Source: Rhizodiscina lignyota
Lineage: Eukaryota
Reading direction: 5' to 3'
DNA length: 64,000 nucleotides
Assembly: GCA_010015805.1 (NCBI GenBank)
Contig: ML978129.1
Coordinates: forward strand, 992,001 to 1,056,000
This document shows, one piece after another, positions 60,431-64,000 of this stretch (within the stretch, counting starts at the first letter, position 1; each line of letters begins with the position of its first letter). The position numbers and the translations under genes are program-made. The notes beneath the pieces are model-generated. The model was not told the DNA's origin, did not search any database, and worked only from the letters and a program-made list of their open reading frames with translations.

Positions 60431-61274
60431 AATTTTGCATTGCAAAACGCTAAGAACGTGTCTGCTTTGGATTACGCAGTGGTACCGACTGGTGCCAGTA
60501 CCCGTCTACACCTTGAGCAGGCTGCCATTTCCGAAGAGGTCCGGATCCGCGCCCACTCTGGAATGCTGAGGGATTATTCGATAGTGTGTGGGGCCTGATT
60601 CAACAGTCTGGGCGTACGCACGAAAGTACATGGACTTGCGCGAGATTAACCTTCTTCGATCGGGGCCGTACTTTGTGCAGAGGCTGGCTTTGCTCGAAAT
60701 CTCTAGGTCAGAGGCTTGGCTTCACTTCCTTGTAGAGGACGTGTTCAATACTGCACGGGATCTGCTTATCGCAGTTGGGCTGATCTACGAAGTTTGCATT
60801 GTTGCCCAGATGCCCAAGCCCAATGGTGGAGCCAGCATGCGTGGAAGGCTCATGTTGGCTGCAAGTTCTGTATCAGCGTTCGCATTTAGGCACGATGCTA
60901 AGGAGCATTAGCAGACAGATCATTGTCAAGGCCTGGGCATGCGTTGTGATGACCACAATTCTCTATACGCAAGATATACCACAGCGACGTAGCCAATACC
61001 AACCAGAATATCTCACAATATCAGCCAGGATTATCAATTAGTTCTCCTTCCTACCTCTAACCATATATTTACATTCACATTAATCCGAGAACAGAGTGCG
61101 GCGTCAGAGGCGAAGTGACAAAATGTCCGAAATCATACCATGCCCACTGTAAAGTGAATAATATGATTCAACTGACGTTGGCTTTCTATTTTTCTGTAGG
61201 CCTGGGCCGCGGACAATTTATCTACAATCGACCAATAAACTTGTAGAGCGAAAAAAACCAAGCTCTCTCCAAAC

Positions 61275-62159
61275 TCAGAGTTTCGCTCTCAATTCACCGC
61301 CTGAGGCCAATATCTCATCTCCAAGCCCATCGAAACAAACAGCAATGCCTGAGCCTTCTACACCCGCATCCAGCTCCACCTCCTGGCAGTCTTCCAATCC
61401 GACGTCATTCTTATACTGCACGACGATAAAATCCATGCTCTCCTTCCCAAATACTACCATCGGGGCATGCCACGTTCCGGGGCCGTAGGTGAGCACCTGA
61501 TCTCCATTTGCAATAAATGCTCTCATATTTCGGAGGTCGGGCATCCCGCTACCTCGAGGCATATTAAGTCCTCCCTTGGCTCTCTCCGACGGCTTTGGCG
61601 GCGCTGCCTCGTTGGTGAAAGGCGATGGTCGTGCCCTAGTGAAGATATCTAGGATTGACTTCCGTGGCCTAGGTTCTGGCTCTGGGAACGGCGGAGGCCG
61701 AAGGCCGTCTTTTGTCGATGGCGGGAGTGTAGGTGCAACGACGACGAGGTATTGCGTTGAGTTATCCCCGTTTGCACGGCCCAATGGGACAAATGTCTGC
61801 GAGGTGAACGGATGTCGTTCGAGGATCTTTATATCATAGAAATGCTGCTGGCCTGCTCGAGGATATGCAGAGGTATATGCCGGCGCTGAAGTCCGTAGCT
61901 TTCTCGGCGTAGAGACGAACAGGGTGAAGGATGTCTTTGCTGCCTTTTTGCTAGGCGCGAGAGTGTAGAAGTTGGTGAGATCTGTCACTTCTGAGTACTT
62001 GATCGCGCTGCCCTGGTTTCCGGGACTGGACTTGTAATTTGCGGTCGTGCCTGGATGTTTGGTGGGGTTTGCGACTACATGGCCGAACGGCGCGAATGCT
62101 TCATGAGTTAAGGGCTCAATGGGAATTTGGAGTGAAGGACAAGCAATTTTGGGAAGCAT
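61275..62159 (-). CDS. DAL3: Ureidoglycolate lyase (allantoin degradation) with C-terminal PTS1
   Basis: EPLTHEAFAPFGHV, NQGSA, LERHPFTSQTFVP, TYGPGTWHAPM, EDCQEV; ends -AKL. Confidence 0.9.
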   Translation of the reverse strand: MLPKIACPSLQIPIEPLTHEAFAPFGHVVANPTKHPGTTANYKSSPGNQGSAIKYSEVTDLTNFYTLAPSKKAAKTSFTLFVSTPRKLRTSAPAYTSAYPRAGQQHFYDIKILERHPFTSQTFVPLGRANGDNSTQYLVVVAPTLPPSTKDGLRPPPFPEPEPRPRKSILDIFTRARPSPFTNEAAPPKPSERAKGGLNMPRGSGMPDLRNMRAFIANGDQVLTYGPGTWHAPMVVFGKESMDFIVVQYKNDVGLEDCQEVELDAGVEGSGIAVCFDGLGDEILASGGELRAKL

Positions 62160-62417
62160 TTTGGTGGCAAGCTAACTGTATTCCAAGTCCGGAGAGGGAG
62201 ATAGTGAAGATGAAGTAGAGTTGCGGGAGCAAGGGTGGGGGATCTTTTGACATCTGATATCTGAAAAAGTACCTAATGGATATCGATGCTCCGTACTCTA
62301 AGCCTAATCCAGCTTAGTGGGTCCTCAATCTTCAGCCCTGTGGTAACGTCAAACCGAACTTCTAAACCGAACAAGTAGGGCATCAACTGCTTCGAGAAAG
62401 ACCACAAAATTATCAAC

Positions 62418-63785
62418 ATGGCGGATGAAGATCCCTCATATATCGACTACGAAGCCTTCCTCGACCCATCTTTCTCTCCTACTTCTTTCGCAAATACTCT
62501 TGTGCTTTCAACGAATAATCCTTCAGATACACCGCTAGACTTGTCCACGCCCTTGTCACGGGTCCTCTTCGATGTGCAAGAGATTGACACGCACATTGAC
62601 ACACTTACGACCAAATCAGCACTTCCTCTGTTAGATCACACGAGAGAGCAGTCAGAAGCAGGAAACCGTCTCGTAGATGGCCTTGAAGCGCAGGTTGCAA
62701 CTCTCACAGACGCATACAAGACGCTGGAGAAGGAAGTAATTGATCGGTATGAAGCAGCTGATCAAGTTAGAGTCGCAGCCGAAAGACTGTGTGCAACTCT
62801 TAAGCTCGGCCGCGCTGTGGGACGCTGCCTGATGCTCGGACGTCAACTGGAAGCTCAAGTCACAGAGCTCACTGGAGGTGGCATTACCAGGAAGGGGGAC
62901 CATAGAGCAATGGTGCGAGCATCAAATACGCTATTGGGGCTACGCCAACTTCTCGAGGCCTCGAAGCCTGGCGAAGAAGGGGAGGGCTTAGAGCGTGTCA
63001 ACGTTGTCAACTCACTACGCTCAGAGGTCATCTCACCTTCAGAACTTACAGTTCTGTCTCGTGCCCAGCAGACAGTGAGAGAATTCTCTATGTCGTCCCT
63101 ACTGGCTGCTGGAGCGTCGGCACCTCAAGCTTCAGGCGGCACAGCAACGTTTGCACAGACAGAAGACACAAAATCTCGAACTACGTCTGCACTCTTGACG
63201 CTCTATCTGCTCTCGCCAGCGTCACGGCAAACAATTCCGGTCAACTTCGCGCCGAAGCTGCTGATATCAGCGCTACAAGAGTATCTCCAGACGGCATTGA
63301 AATCCTCATTAGCTGCCATCTCTCGCTCACTGGCCACACTGCCAACGCTTGATCGGACGCTCTTGGAGATATCTGCCCGCTGTCAGAATATTGTAGCGTT
63401 AGAGGCTTTACTTGAGTCCATCAAAGCTCCCCCTCATCCGCTATTTGACTCTGCACAGAAGGGCGCCAAAGGCCAAACCACAATGAATTTCCTACAGCCC
63501 CTTTTGCAATCCCTGGACACTTCATCATTACCATCGTACTTTTGGAGATCACTTGCATCTGCACTCTCGCCCCGAGTTCAAGAAATCATGAACCGTGGCG
63601 GTGTGTCATCAAGGACATTGCGATCGAACAAAGATCGCGTACGAGATGCACTTCGTGAATGTGTCAACAGAGGATCACAGCTGCCTGCGATGGTTGTAGG
63701 ACGAGGCAAAGGAGCAATGGTTGGACACTGGGAAAGAGAAGCAGCAGTCATGGTTGGAGCTGTTTTTGGCGTCCTAGGACGATGA
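62418..63785 (+). CDS. COG5: Conserved oligomeric Golgi complex subunit 5
   Basis: YIDYEAFLDPSFSPTSFANTLV...DLSTPLSRVLFDVQEID N-terminus; SYFWRSLASAL; WEREAAVMV. Confidence 0.88.
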   Translation: MADEDPSYIDYEAFLDPSFSPTSFANTLVLSTNNPSDTPLDLSTPLSRVLFDVQEIDTHIDTLTTKSALPLLDHTREQSEAGNRLVDGLEAQVATLTDAYKTLEKEVIDRYEAADQVRVAAERLCATLKLGRAVGRCLMLGRQLEAQVTELTGGGITRKGDHRAMVRASNTLLGLRQLLEASKPGEEGEGLERVNVVNSLRSEVISPSELTVLSRAQQTVREFSMSSLLAAGASAPQASGGTATFAQTEDTKSRTTSALLTLYLLSPASRQTIPVNFAPKLLISALQEYLQTALKSSLAAISRSLATLPTLDRTLLEISARCQNIVALEALLESIKAPPHPLFDSAQKGAKGQTTMNFLQPLLQSLDTSSLPSYFWRSLASALSPRVQEIMNRGGVSSRTLRSNKDRVRDALRECVNRGSQLPAMVVGRGKGAMVGHWEREAAVMVGAVFGVLGR

Positions 63786-63833
63786 ACAGTTCAGGGTATC
63801 ATTTAGAAGTCGTGAAGAGTCATAGTCTACATA

Positions 63834-64000
63834 TCAGGCGTACACATGCCATCCCGTCTGCGCTCCGAACCATTTTCTCGCGAGAGCGCCGCCGCTTTCA
63901 GTCGGCTGGCTGAATGCCATCTGTTCCTTCGGTACTTGAATCCCATATAGGAAGTTTTCCTGCGCACACTGGAGCAAGCGTGTTGCTATACCTTCTTTAC
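63834..64000 (-). CDS. ECO1: 3' end of sister-chromatid cohesion acetyltransferase Eco1/Eso1 (partial)
   Basis: Not in the ORF track. The minus strand reads KEGIATRLLQCAQENFLYGIQVPKEQMAFSQPTESGGALARKWFGAQTGWHVYA-TGA; AFSQPT.SG is the ESCO acetyltransferase C-terminal motif. Confidence 0.88.
   Translation of the reverse strand, partial: KEGIATRLLQCAQENFLYGIQVPKEQMAFSQPTESGGALARKWFGAQTGWHVYA

Noticed and set aside
1..64000. Apparent clustering of chromosome-maintenance genes (INCENP, MutL, MHF1, SDS23, SPT10, ECO1)
   Set aside because: They are spread over 64 kb among unrelated genes, so there is no evidence of a functional cluster.

Overview
Gene-dense 64 kb of a filamentous ascomycete nuclear genome, probably a Dothideomycete (inferred from the short GT..CTRAC..YAG introns and gene content, not proven). 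About 27 protein-coding genes can be supported, mostly conserved housekeeping genes. In order: INCENP-like (partial), acyl-CoA dehydrogenase, MutL/Mlh2-like, GPI8, PLAC8 protein, HET-domain protein, single-barrel cobalamin-independent methionine-synthase-like protein, KEL3, DHR2, MED9, cofactor-independent phosphoglycerate mutase, CmkB kinase, amino-acid permease, SSN6/CYC8, MHF1/CENP-S, PGA2, AA11-type LPMO, RING E3 ligase, HAD 'Swiss Army Knife' RNA-repair-like protein, SDS23, SPT10, ureidoglycolate lyase, COG5 and the 3' end of ECO1, plus three uncharacterised genes. I see no intact transposon, rRNA, intact tRNA, CRISPR array or secondary-metabolite cluster, and no multi-gene novel system that I can support. 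The best leads are: (i) the HAD-SAK protein, with an apparent degenerate 2H-phosphoesterase domain, an RGG tail and a leaky upstream AUG that could add a mitochondrial presequence; (ii) seven PacC-type GCCARG sites upstream of an uncharacterised membrane-protein gene; (iii) several decaying genes missed by the ORF track, including an otherwise intact three-exon gene with one in-frame TAG and a frameshifted 45-bp-repeat gene; (iv) sulfur-type promoter motifs on the methionine-synthase-like gene; (v) a possible read-through PTS1-like tail on phosphoglycerate mutase. Family assignments come from motif recognition only; no database search was run.
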